Shown here: positions 1-12,559 of the stretch, piece by piece
How positions within the stretch are numbered: the first letter of the stretch is position 1
How the letters are laid out: every line of letters starts with the position of its first letter
Assembly: GCF_006345805.1 (NCBI RefSeq)
Contig: NC_042997.1
Span: 97,278,001-97,342,000 of the forward strand
Source of the DNA: Octopus sinensis
Taxonomy: Eukaryota
Direction of reading: 5' to 3'
Length of the DNA: 64,000 nt
Made by a program: the position numbers and the translations under genes
The notes under the pieces: generated by a model
What the model was told of the DNA's origin: nothing
Database searches by the model: none
What the model saw: the letters and a program-made list of their open reading frames with translations, nothing else

Positions 1-243
1 AAGGAGGGAAAGGGTGGGGGCGTATGTAACGTGCAAGTGTGTGTGTTGAGTGGTAGTGTGTGTGTGTCCAGTGTGCGTAGTTGTGTGTATGGCAAGTAAA
101 TTTGAAGTGTGTGTAAGTGTAATGTATATATATGCAAATGTGTGTGTGTGTGAGTGGGTGTATGTATGTGTGTGCGTGTATGTACAAAGAGGGGGGAGTT
201 AAGGAAAAAAACTGCAGCGGAGAGGGGGGAAAGGGGAAGATGG

Positions 244-315
<72 letters not shown>

Positions 316-494
316 AATGGATAAGAACTCAGTTTTAAACAAATGTGGTTAGCTATCTCAAACAATCAAAATGCACGAAGAATACACATTCAAGGTAATT
401 CCTCATTGATGACAAGTAGATCCAAATATCACTTAAAAGAATTTTGAGAAATTCAGATCATTAGACAATATAGATACAAGTGAATAAATGCCTG

Positions 495-850
495 TGTAAC
501 TGTAAAAACAAAATTGTCTGCCCTTTAGAAAAACAGTGTTTAAGAAAAATATAGTCTATCAGTGCTAGATAATACTTACGACCCGGGATCGTAAGTATTA
601 TTACATAGGTTCATCTGCTACAATCTGGGAATCTAGATTTCATAATCATTCTCATTCGTTTAAGTATAGAAGAAAAGGTAATTCTTTAGTAATGCATTTG
701 GGATTTAAAAGATAGGAACATTTAGTATGATTTAAAATGTTCCATTATTAGTTATTCACCATCATACAATATTGATAATTCTACATGTGATCTTTGCCTT
801 GAAGAAATGTATTATATAATTACTTCTAAATTAATTTTATTAAATTTTAA
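495..850 (+). mobile_element. Penelope-like element GIY-YIG endonuclease relic (frameshifted)
   Basis: Manual translation gives CNCKNKIVCPLEKQCL, (N)IVYQC, YIGSS and TCDLCLEEMYYI, matching the CNC..CPL.G.CL / YIG / C.LCL.EK pattern of PLE GIY-YIG domains; broken by frameshifts and stops. Confidence 0.7.
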
Positions 851-1357
851 TGGGAATTTTACAATGAAATTTTGTCACAAGTTTAGGAGAGTATTATTAT
901 AATTGATTATAATTGCTTTTCATATGTTATTTAATAAGCATAATTTTTCTAAAAAAAGTTTTACTATATTTGATAAATAGATAACTAATTGTCGTGACGT
1001 AGGATCTCTGTAACGTAGAATTCTTGCGTTTATTCTTTATTTTTTCGTTATCTACTGACGTCACCAAGAGTTGAATACAAAAATCAGTTTTCTTATATTA
1101 CAGTTTTTCTTCTTAACGTTCTTTTTGTATGTGTTCGTGTGCTGGAATTATTTCCTTAGTTCACTTCGAATTTAATTAATTTTGGATCACCCTGATAACA
1201 CTATGTTAGCAAGTATTTTCGGAAATATTAATTTCAGTGATATTTTCAATATATAAATATGTTGATACAACAGAAACAATTGTCGGCTTTGTAAGGTGAA
1301 TTCTACGAAAGATGTGATTTTGTCTTCCCATATTTTTTGTTATACACACACACACAC

Positions 1358-1394
<37 letters not shown>

Positions 1395-1665
1395 CGTAAA
1401 ATCAGTTTGCCAATGTAAGATGGCAGTCTCCTGCGTAGGACGTTTAACTCCAGGATAACATTTTTTTCCAGCTGGTTATCAACACACAATCTGTCTGAAA
1501 TATACTGTGCTAGCTCCGTCCTAGCTACTATCAGTACCAACAGGCCAATGGTTTCTAGGTAATTTCCCGTCCTCTTAGCTGGACAACCACCGGCTAGAGA
1601 TACCAGTTTACTCGACGCTGTTCACAGTATATATAGAAGACAGTCATTGATTTCGCAATGAGTAA

Positions 1666-1771
<106 letters not shown>

Positions 1772-2035
1772 GATGGGCTTCTTTCGTCCGTCTACCAAAT
1801 CTACTCATAAGACTTTGGATGAGCCCGGGCTATAATGGAAGACACGTGCAAGATGCCGTGCAAGCTTCTTACAGTCACACCTGTGCATATACACATACAC
1901 ATATCCACACATACATACACACACATATGTATATATGTGTGTGTATGTATGTATGTATGTATGTATGTATGTATGTATGTATGTATGTATGTATGTGTAT
2001 ATATATATATATATTTACACACACACACACACACA

Positions 2036-2166
<131 letters not shown>

Positions 2167-2406
2167 AGAAAACAGACAGGTGAAAGAACAAAACAGGACA
2201 TGTTTGTTTAGCGCTCAAAAAAATTGGCTGAAGTCTTTAACGTTTCGAACCTACGCTCTTCTACAGAAAGGAATAACGAAAGAAAACTGGTGGAGAGCAT
2301 AAAAAAAATTGAGAGAAAAGATCAAGTATACTCATCCATACTATAATGACCAAAGGTACTTGTCTTACGAACGTATTCTGCAAGATTAAGCCTCTCCCTA
2401 TATTTA

Positions 2407-2410
<4 letters not shown>

Positions 2411-2476
<66 letters not shown>
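2411..2476. repeat. (CT)n microsatellite
   Basis: Directly visible. Confidence 0.95.
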
Positions 2477-2481
<5 letters not shown>

Positions 2482-3000
2482 TATGACATTGCTGCTGTCA
2501 GGAAAAGCTATACTGATGCATGCATACATGAACACACACATACACACAGAGTCGTATAGATAATCAGGCGCACAGATATAGAAAATAGTTATAAAGCAAC
2601 TGACATTATTAAATGCAGAAACATAGAGACACACATCCGTACATTCTTACATACATAAAGCATTTACTCATATATACGTATACACACGTGAACACGTTTT
2701 TATTTATTTATTTACTTCCTTATTTGTGTATTTTTGACAAGGCCTTGTTGGGATTCTCTTATAGATTTTGATAGAGCAGATTCGAATTCTCTGAAGTATC
2801 TATTTCTTAATACCCGACTGTAAATTTCAGTTATTTCATTTGATATTGCAAATGGAACTCCAGTTAGAAATCCAACTTCCTAAATTTAAATGAACTAAAC
2901 TAAATATTCTGAATAAATAAGTAAATTAATAAATAAATAAAAAAATAAATAAATAAATAAATAGGCATAGACGCAAACACTTAGGTTTGCAACCACGTGG

Positions 3001-3077
<77 letters not shown>

Positions 3078-3101
3078 TATATATATATTATATATATATA
3101 T

Positions 3102-3724
3102 ATGACAGAGTTATAAGTGAGGTATTTTGAATCTGGGAAAAATACTTTATAAGTTCTCTCTTAGTACACCAGACTAACAATATTGTTGAGATTAGTAAAG
3201 AACTCTGTGTATTCTTGTAGCAGGGTCCGGGGTTATCGTTCATCACCATTCTATATTGTAAACCCATGGTTGTGTTCCAGTAAACTGGTTTTTACACAGA
3301 GTGATATACAAAAAAAAGGCATAAATAATGGTCATAACTAATTTTTCTTTATTGTAGTAAATTCGACACACAGCTGTTTCCAGTAGTCATTATAGGTTTA
3401 TTGACAGGTTTTCTCAAGCTGCCCACTGCTCGATTCAGAAAAAATTGAACAACCTAGAAAATTAATGCTACTTTCGTGAGCGTCATTTCTGGTTATAACC
3501 AAGCAGAACATTGAAAGTATAATACAGCAATAATTTTCAAGGTCGTTCGACTTTTTTCAGCTGATCAATGGGTTGATTGGGTAAACTGTCAGTAATGAAC
3601 CTATAATGACTACTTGAAACAGCTGTAAGTCAAGTTTACTACAATTGAGAAAGATATATAATGACCATTATTTATTTATACCTTATCTTACATACACACA
3701 CACACGCACACGCGCGCACACACA

Positions 3725-3776
<52 letters not shown>

Positions 3777-4415
3777 ATATATATATATATATGACAGAGT
3801 TATAAGTGAGGTATTTTGAATCTGGGAAAAATACTTTATAAGTTCTCTCTTAGTACACCAGACTAACAATATTGTTGAGATTAGTAAAGAACTCTGTGTA
3901 TTCTTGTAGCAGGGTCCGGGGTTATCGTTCATCACCATTCTATATTGTAAACCCATGGTTGTGTTCCAGTTAAACTGGTTTTTACACAGAGTGATATACA
4001 AAAAAAAGGCATAAATAATGGTCATAACTAATTTTTCTTTATTGTAGTAAATTCGACACACAGCTGTTTCCAGTAGTCATTATAGGTTTATTGACAGGTT
4101 TTCTCAAGCTGCCCACTGCTCGATTCAGAAAAAATTGAACAACCTAGAAAATTAATGCTACTTTCGTGAGCGTCATTTCTGGTTATAACCAAGCAGAACA
4201 TTGAAAGTATAATACAGCAATAATTTTCAAGGTCGTTCGACTTTTTTCAGCTGATCAATGGGTTGATTGGGTAAACCTGTCAGTAATGAACCTATAATGA
4301 CTACTTGAAACAGCTGTAAGTCAAGTTTACTACAATTGAGAAAGATATATAATGACCATTATTTATTTATACCTTATCTTACATACACACACACACGCAC
4401 ACGCGCGCACACACA

Positions 4416-4461
<46 letters not shown>

Positions 4462-4465
4462 TATA

Positions 4466-4505
<40 letters not shown>

Positions 4506-4510
4506 TATAT
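3102..4510. repeat. Near-identical tandem duplication, unit about 690 bp
   Basis: atgacagagttataag begins at 3102 and 3791; copies differ by single-base indels in the unique part and each ends in the same compound CA/TA microsatellite. Confidence 0.9.
3351..3645. repeat. Imperfect 295-bp fold-back element (second copy 4041-4336)
   Basis: attgtagtaaattcgacacacagctgtttccagtagtcattatagg is the inverted counterpart of cctataatgactacttgaaacagctgtaagtcaagtttactacaat; symmetry continues inward to a ggttataacc centre. Confidence 0.8.
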
Positions 4511-4748
4511 ATAACAACAGATGGATAATGTGTCAATTCACTACAGCTGTTTCCAACGAATTTTTAATTGAGTAATGGAGACATTACATCATTAGAAAAA
4601 ACAGGTTTTTTAATGTTTTTGAATGTTGTGGTTCGTGTATTCACCTGATGAAAACAGTTTTTTCTAATGATGTAATGTCTCCATTAATCAATCAAAAATT
4701 CGTTAGAAACAGCTGTAGTGAACTGACACATTATCCATCTGTTGTTAT
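4511..4748. mobile_element. Inverted pair of Penelope-pLTR-like repeats; the right arm carries a hammerhead motif
   Basis: Arms 4511-4618 and 4652-4748 are reverse complements at high identity (ataacaacagatggataatgtgtca / tgacacattatccatctgttgttat). Confidence 0.65.
4635..4729 (+). ncRNA. Type I hammerhead ribozyme motif with long stem II region
   Basis: TTCAC(4640-44) CTGATGA(4645-51), 54 nt, GAAA(4706-09) CAGCTG T A(4717) GTGAA(4718-22): canonical core, 5-bp stem I extended by GTGT/ACAC, palindromic stem III ACAGCTGT, GUA triplet. Confidence 0.7.
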
Positions 4749-6511
4749 TTATTTATTATTCACCTCTCTCTCGGATCCTGCTCCTTGCGTAGATCCGAAA
4801 TATATTCTTTACTATCCACCTGACGAACTTGACCCTAATTTTCATATATCCAGTTTCAATTTCAATTTTAAAATGTCTTATGTCAACCTAAAGCTATGGT
4901 AGAAGATATTTGCCCAAGGTACTGTACAATGAGAACGAATGCCGGATCTCACTGCGAAGCGAACCTCTTAACTGTTCCCCTATGCATGTACCCTTGGTAG
5001 CTCGTAAACTGTGTTTTAAGATGCTGATTGCCTTGAAATTGCACTGCTAAAACCTACAAATACTGACCGAGCCTTTACGTAGTCGCAAGACCTGGTAGAA
5101 ATAGCAAACAAATCACATCCCACAGTTTTGAATTAAGAGGCATAAGTTGTAGCCTCTGATAAGCAAAAGGACAGGATGGTCATGGATGGAATACTTTATA
5201 CCATAGGTTTAATGTAGAACTAAACAACAACAAATATTGATAATATAAAACGATAACCTATTAATTGCACGTTGTCATATTCCGCAAACTGCATACGTTA
5301 TTTCAAGGGCTTTTCAGTCTACATTGCTAACAAGTTTCAAATGTTTTTTGCGAACAAAGTTGAGACTTGACAAGGTGGACTTATCAGCCAAAGTTAACTG
5401 CATTGGCTGTCAGAAGCATATACTGCACAGAGTAGTGCGAGTCGTCTGTAAAAGTCCCTGAAATGTAAGGTACCTAGATGTTTGTTTTAGAAGGGAATTC
5501 ACCAGAACTGAGCGTCTTCCATGAGTTTTATTTTAATTTGTCCAACTTGTTCATATCTGCCCTGATCGATGTGAAAGTTCTATCATTTGTATGAATCAGG
5601 GCTATGACATTGCTAAAATAAAATGGACACAAATGGAAGCATCGGGATGTTTCTGCTTCTGACTCAGGACTCAACTGTATGTAGAATTAATTGTTTTGGC
5701 TAATATGCTCGAAAAAAAGGGTAGACACCTCACTTGAATTACTCTTAAGCCTCTGTTGCAAAAACTCAACATACTACGGAGTTTCGGTTTAAATTGCAAT
5801 ATAAGATGGTGGTGGTACATTGCGGAAATCGATGGGAAAATGAGAGTGATTTATTGACCTGGAACAATTATTGTGCTTACAACTCAGTACATACTTAGTC
5901 AAGCTCACATGAGTGGATATTGACTATTGGAGCGAGTGACCTGTTACGTCGTGTGGGTCTGATTTGCTCTGGATCTACAAACACAAAAATTCCCTGAGAA
6001 AAAGCTTTGAAAAATCAGGTGACGAAAGCGAATTCCTACAATTTTCTACTGATATAAAGCCATATATAGACTGATCGTCGAAATACCCGACAAAACTTGA
6101 ACATCTGTTGTTTAACTCCTCCGCCTCCTCTTCCATGTTTCTGTTGATTTTCTTGTAGTAGCGGTAGTTGCTGCTACCACTTAGTCTTAGATAAACGTTA
6201 TGGCCAAAGAAATTCCATGCCATCTTATCCTCAGACATTGTACCAAAGACTACATAATCTCATTGTCCTTCCTTTCTTGAGACAATAGTGTGTGATTTAA
6301 GGGAAAATAGTGTTCCTTTTCTAACACGTAAAGGAGCAAAGATATCCACATAAAGGCATCCTCGTTGGTTGCCATGGAGGTTTTCTCCTTAACTGCCATA
6401 CAGTTAGCTTCTTAGCTTGCTCGTCCTCTTCTTATAGAACGAAAAATTCTACCCGCAGAACTTCGTGGGAAACCCTTGCTAATATGAGAGTATATAATCC
6501 TTTCTTCCATA

Positions 6512-6710
6512 GGTACAAGACCTGACACTTGTGGAGAGGGAGTCTAGTCGATTACATCGGCCTCAGTACTCAACTGGTACTCATTTTATCGACTTCGAAA
6601 AGATGAAAAGAAAAGTCAACCTCAGCGGAATTTGTACTCAAAACGTAAAGTCGTACGATATGCCGCTAAGCATTTTGCTCGGCGTACCTACGATGCTACC
6701 AGAAAACATT
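6512..6710 (-). mobile_element. SINE family B copy (diverged)
   Basis: Reverse complement of the family-B body (gagttcaaattccgccgaggtcgactttgcctttcatc) seen at 12560 and 40404. Confidence 0.75.
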
Positions 6711-7184
6711 CCTCGTTTGTAAGTGGGTGCATAGTTTTGCTTAAAATTCTCATTTTCTTCTCATCTAATCTCCTTCATTGTTTGAGCTTATTGTCTTGGA
6801 ACATTCGTTGATGTTAATCTGGTATCTGGATTCATTTAGCTATTTGCAGCATTCTGCAAACTTGGTTAATCGATTGTTTATGGAGAAAATGGGTCAATCA
6901 AACATCGAAATCGTGTTGAAGAGTCAGTTAGTTAGTAGGTTAATGACACTTTAATATCCAATGGTACATGTATGGTTATTTGCCATTTACTTATTTCAGT
7001 CATTGGACTACGACCATGCTGGCCTTGAAAGTTTTTGTCGCTGTCAGTATTTATCTTTAAGTCTGGTACTTATACTATCGCACACATCTGACGAACCTAT
7101 AAGTTACGGGAGCGTAAGCAAATCAACACCGGTTATCAAGCAGTAGTGGAGGACAAACAAACACAAACGCCCAAACACATAACC

Positions 7185-7231
<47 letters not shown>

Positions 7232-7234
<3 letters not shown>

Positions 7235-7544
7235 ATCGAAGTGTACAGTATTATATATCCATTACGGCCGATCTTACCGAGCGGTTTCGCACTACGGCTT
7301 CACCGGAATGTTAAGTAACAGTCTGCTTATGTAACCCTGCGCTCTTCAGAGATGGCAGTTATGGAATGAAATATGGCAACTTATTTCTTTCCATATGGCG
7401 ACGTATTTCATTCCATAACTGCCATCTCTGAAGAGCGAAAGTTACATAATCGGACTGTTACCTAACACTCCTTTGTAACCCTAATGCGAAACCGATCGAT
7501 AAAATTGACCGTGATGGATATATTATACTGCACACTTCGATTAA
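7232..7544. mobile_element. 313-bp fold-back made of two head-to-head hammerhead-bearing repeats
   Basis: Starts ttaatcgaagtgt and ends acacttcgattaa; inner 34 bp (7340-7373 / 7404-7437) are a perfect inverted repeat, outer arms visibly diverged. Confidence 0.8.
7256..7365 (-). ncRNA. Type I hammerhead ribozyme motif with long stem II region
   Basis: Minus strand: GCCATCT CTGAAGA GCGC..54 nt..GTGC GAAA CCG CT CGG T A AGATCGGC; stem I 7 bp with one bulge, G10.1-C11.1 closing stem II, stem III ACCG/CGGT, GUA triplet. Confidence 0.7.
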
Positions 7545-7610
7545 TGTACCCACTCTACTGACAAATATGAGAGTGCAATTTTTTCGTGACTTATGGATTT
7601 TTAGCTCTCT

Positions 7611-7678
<68 letters not shown>

Positions 7679-7682
7679 TATA

Positions 7683-7719
<37 letters not shown>

Positions 7720-7722
<3 letters not shown>

Positions 7723-9288
7723 TTGCGGCCAAAATGTTCAGAACGGCATTGTTTTCGTCAGAAAAGTAAGTATAAGTTTTTATCAAAGTAATTTTATATT
7801 CTATAATTTTCACAGATAATAAATACAATATTAGTTGTTATTGTCTAGGATTTTGGTGTAATTTGAGAGGATAACACAAAAGTTATGGATGATTTAGTGA
7901 TTTACTGCAAAACCCATGGCGGCCAAAATGATCAGAACGGTTGAAAAAATAATAAAATAATCAAGAATGACAGAGAATACTGGAATTATTTAATATTTAG
8001 AGTGAAGCCCTTTAGCTTCAATCACACTCTGACATCTTTGACTGCATGAGGAAATTAAATTTTCAATTTCTTGCTGGGTGATCTTATTCCATTCTTCCTG
8101 AAGGGCATTCCATAATTGCTCAGTTGTCTTAGGATTTCTGGCATTCGAACGTTCCTCTAGAATATTCCATACATTTTCAATAGGATTGAGATCTGGGCTT
8201 TGAGCAGGCCAATCCATAATAATAACCTTTTCAGCCTTGAGGAAGTTCATGACCACCTTAGCCTTGTGACATGGGGCATTGTCCTGCATGAATATGGGTG
8301 GTCGCTTAGTTGAATTTCTCAGCACAGGCAAGACATGATCTTTTACAAGTTGTTTATAAACTCCTGCATTTACCTTTCCATGTAATCGCACCAAAGGGCC
8401 CACACCATCTCCAGATATCATCCCCCAAACCATGACACTTCCTCAGCCGAATTTAACACTAGTCTTAAGGCATTTAGGCAACAATTTTTCACCTACTTTT
8501 CGACGAACGTACCTTTTCCCATCTGTGAGCCAAATAACAAACTTAGATTCATCACTGAAATGCACCGTTTGCCATTTTTCTTGAGACCACAACACATGTT
8601 CGGTTTCAAAGGTAAGACGACACTTTTTATTCTTGGAGCTGATCAGTGGCTTCACTGCAGGTGCTCTTGCTTGTAGGTCATGTTCAACTAAACGACGAGA
8701 CAGTTTTTCGAGATAAAGTTTTCTTCAATACAATGCTCATTTTCCGAGAAACAGCAGCAGCAGTTTTAAATCTGTCCTTCTTAACCAACTTTACCATAGC
8801 ACGATCTTCTCTGTTGGTCGTTTTTCTTGGCCTACCTGTAAACTTTCTTGCTTCACACGAACCACAATCATCGTAGACCTTAAGAATACCGTGTACAACA
8901 CTTTTTGACTTGTTAACAATCTTTGCAATAGATCCAATACTTAAATTATCCTTCCTTCGAAGCTTAATAATCTGCTGACGAATTGGTAACGGAGTAAGTG
9001 GCATTATATTAACAAAGTACACTGCAAATATTCTTACTAATGTTTAGTAAACGAACCATCACGTAAACAAATTCAAAACATTAGAGTTCGCCGGTTAAAT
9101 ATACTAAAACACGGAGTAAAAGCAACCGTTCTGATCTTTTTGGCCGCCATGGGCTTTGCAGTAAATCACTAAATCATCCATAACTTTTGTATTATCCTCT
9201 CAAATCACACCAAAATCTCAGGCAATAACAAATAATATCTACTTTTCTGACGAAAACAATATCGTTCTGAACATTTTGGCTGCTACTG
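7720..9288 (-). mobile_element. Tc1-family DNA transposon (DD34E) with IR/DR-type long TIRs, inserted in (TA)n
   Basis: ta|cagttgcggccaaaatgttcagaac ... gttctgaacattttggctgctactg|ta; each TIR holds an inner direct repeat (gcggccaaaatgatcagaacgg at about 7920 and its inverse at about 9125-9148). Confidence 0.95.
7990..9022 (-). pseudogene. Tc1 transposase, disrupted
   Basis: Three ORF pieces: paired-like HTH plus GRPRKT, FSDESKF, then VWG, QDNAPCH and WPAQSPDLNPIENVW; 34 residues between second D and E. One frameshift near 8697 and an in-frame TGA at 8443-8445. Confidence 0.93.
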
Positions 9289-9289
9289 T

Positions 9290-9326
<37 letters not shown>

Positions 9327-9393
9327 CCATACATACATATATATCCATACATACATATATACACACACACACATATATATATATATGTATGTA

Positions 9394-9447
<54 letters not shown>

Positions 9448-9761
9448 CATTCCCGCATTCTTCTTCTTCTCCTCCACCTCTTCCTTCTTCTTTTCCTCCT
9501 TCTTTCCTGCCAAGAATTCACAACGACCTCGAACCCACAAGAGTAAACAAGAGAGACAGAGACAGGCAGAAACAAGGAAAATGCCCCTTGTATCTGGATA
9601 CTATGCAAATATCCTTTTGAAAAACTTTTCTTTTAACTTTTCCAAAATTTAATTGTTTCCCATACTTACAGTTAAAAAAGTCTCAATGTTTATAAACCGG
9701 TACTGAAATGCGTTTTTATAAAATTGTTTTAGCATTTTCTACCTTGACCTTTTTTTTCTAC

Positions 9762-9828
<67 letters not shown>

Positions 9829-9890
9829 TATATTATATTATATTATATATATATTAATATTATATTAATATTATATTAATATTATATTAG

Positions 9891-9948
<58 letters not shown>

Positions 9949-9951
<3 letters not shown>

Positions 9952-10810
9952 GGTGGGTGGAAAGTAACTAGGTATCAGAAATTGATTATGAAATTTTTAG
10001 TATCACTGAAGTCATGACGAAAACATTTTGTTAACAGACAACACTAATGGGGATTTTTCCTTTTCTTATTGTCCTATTTCTTATTTTCCAGATGGCCGGT
10101 CGCTTGACTGTTCAGGAGTGAGCTAAGATAACAGCACGCTATGAAGTGTTGAATTCCCCATTGTTTTGGTTCAGAGATGGTGGCGTGCATGGAACGATAA
10201 GCATGCAACACTACGTCCGGAGATAATGAAAAGTTGTCATGCGAAGCTGATGACCAGGGGCTCGGTGAACGATGCAAGAAGTGGCTGTCCAACCACATCC
10301 CGATCAGCGGAGACATGACAACAGTGCATGAAATGTTTAATCGTAGCCCGCAAAAATCAACACGTCAAACAGTTCGCGAAAGTGTACTAACAAAATTGAA
10401 TTTTCGGCCGTGGAAACCCATTACGTGCAGATGCTAAAACCTGAAGACAGTGACCGCAGAAGTCCAGAGGTCCAGAACTCCAAGAAGTCTAGATCTCACC
10501 CCATGTGATATTTACCTGCGGGGTTACACAAAAGAAACGTACAAAACAAAACCGCACAGACTGGAGGACTTGGAGATTTTCAATGATTCGGGAGGTTTTC
10601 ACAGATGACGTCCTTCAGAAGGTTGTTCATTCCATCCCTGGCCGTTTGAGGAAACTGTTTGACACCACTGGTGCTTATGTTGAAATATGAAGATTCACTT
10701 TCATTTTCCCATGTAATAAAGAACATTTATCATTTGTTTCAATAAATTTGTAAAAGGTGTTTGGATTTTATTACCAATTTTTAATGCCCACTTACTTTTC
10801 ACCAACCCTG
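9949..10810 (+). mobile_element. Internally deleted mariner-type (DDxD) transposon
   Basis: About 30-bp imperfect TIRs (cagggtgggtggaaagtaac / cttacttttcaccaaccctg); relic peptides VQRWWR..HAKL..GSVNDARSGCP and PRSPDLTPCDIYL.GY. Confidence 0.85.
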
Positions 10811-10830
10811 TATACACATACATATGTGTG

Positions 10831-10879
<49 letters not shown>

Positions 10880-10999
10880 TTATATATAAGCATACATATA
10901 TATACATACATATATACATGCATACGTACGTGTGTGTGTGTGTGTGGTGTGTGTGTGTGTGTGTGTGTAGGCACGCACGTATGTGTGTGTTTGTGTGTA

Positions 11000-11160
11000 T
11001 ACGACGGGCCTTCATACTTTTTCCGCTTACTAAATTCACTCATGAAACAATGCTCGGCCTAGGGTTATAGTAAAAGGTACTTGTCCAAGGTACCGCACGC
11101 TGTGACTGAACCGAAAACCACATGGTTGCCAAGCGAACTTCTTAATCACCCAGCAATACT
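11000..11160 (-). mobile_element. SINE family A head fragment
   Basis: Reverse complement of the tRNA-like head of the copy at 19455. Confidence 0.7.
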
Positions 11161-11422
11161 TGTAGCGTATTATATTGACATCTAAGTGTGAAAATACACA
11201 TTGTATAAAAATATGTTAGTAGACGTGTGTGTAAGTATGCATATGTGAGTGTATGATGTGCGTGTGTGAGGTTACGCGCTAACAGGCGTCAGATTAGTAT
11301 TGTAGCATTTAAATATTGAAAGATTTATGTATGTACAAATAGAATATAATGCCGATAGGCAGACATTATATATCATAAAAATATGTGAGTGTGTGTGTGT
11401 TTATGTACATATGTATGTCGTA

Positions 11423-11456
<34 letters not shown>

Positions 11457-11482
11457 GCATGTATGTATGTATGTGTAAACGC

Positions 11483-11642
<160 letters not shown>

Positions 11643-12559
11643 TCAAAGCGTAACGAGAGCGAATTATCTCTAGTAGTACAACTATCATGCCCTAACAAGT
11701 TTTGAATTTTGTGAACAATTTTATATGAATTATGAATTGATGAATTAGAGCATAAAATTGGCGCCTATGTCTCATTGCTTATTTATCTATGCCAACAGGA
11801 AGATAAAAATAAGCATTAAAATTTGAAAAAAAAAAAGAAAAAACGAGTTTCAAATATTTTATGGACAAAACGAAATTATTCAGAAGTTTCCCAACCAAGG
11901 CCAGAAATGTTTCTGGAGAGGTGGTTAGTCGCTTACATTGCCCTAGTGCTCATGAAAGACGAAGTCAGATCTCAGCAGAATACGAAGTCAGGACGTACAG
12001 CCGGAAGAGATGCCGTCAGACATTTTGTATGGCCTACGAACGATTCTGCCAGCATGCTGCCGTCAAAAATTACCAATAATGAGTGTGATTAACAAATATT
12101 AAGCGAAATTACAGTGTGGCAACGTTAAGCAGTGATGTGTATAAATACAAGATTATTATCACTTCAACTATGCTTGGAGATATTCGAACCCGTAAGAAAG
12201 CCATTCACTGTGTTTCTGCTTGTGAAATTTTCTCCGCTATTTTGTGAATACTGTAGCTAAAGGGTTGCGGTCCGTCCTGAACAGTATTGCTTTCTTTTGG
12301 GTAAATGTGTACTATATGTAGAGTTTTTCATAGTTGTGAGGAAGGTAGAAAGGTAAACTCAAGGTCGACTCCGAGCGACATGAACTCTGCCTACGCAACT
12401 AGTTCACATAAATTAAATACTGTTGTTGTAGTGGTTTAGAGCCATGATTGAAAAGACCTAAAATAAAAGGCTTTCTATTTGTGACCATCTCTTTCTGTAT
12501 ATTTACGACAACATTGCCCGATACATCCTTCTTTTTCAAGACGGTAAACTGTTCTTTGA

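Noticed and set aside
4770-4835. GATCC-GAAA ... CTGACGA as a possible type II hammerhead
   Set aside because: No stem I hairpin between the UH site and the core, and no downstream stem II partner.
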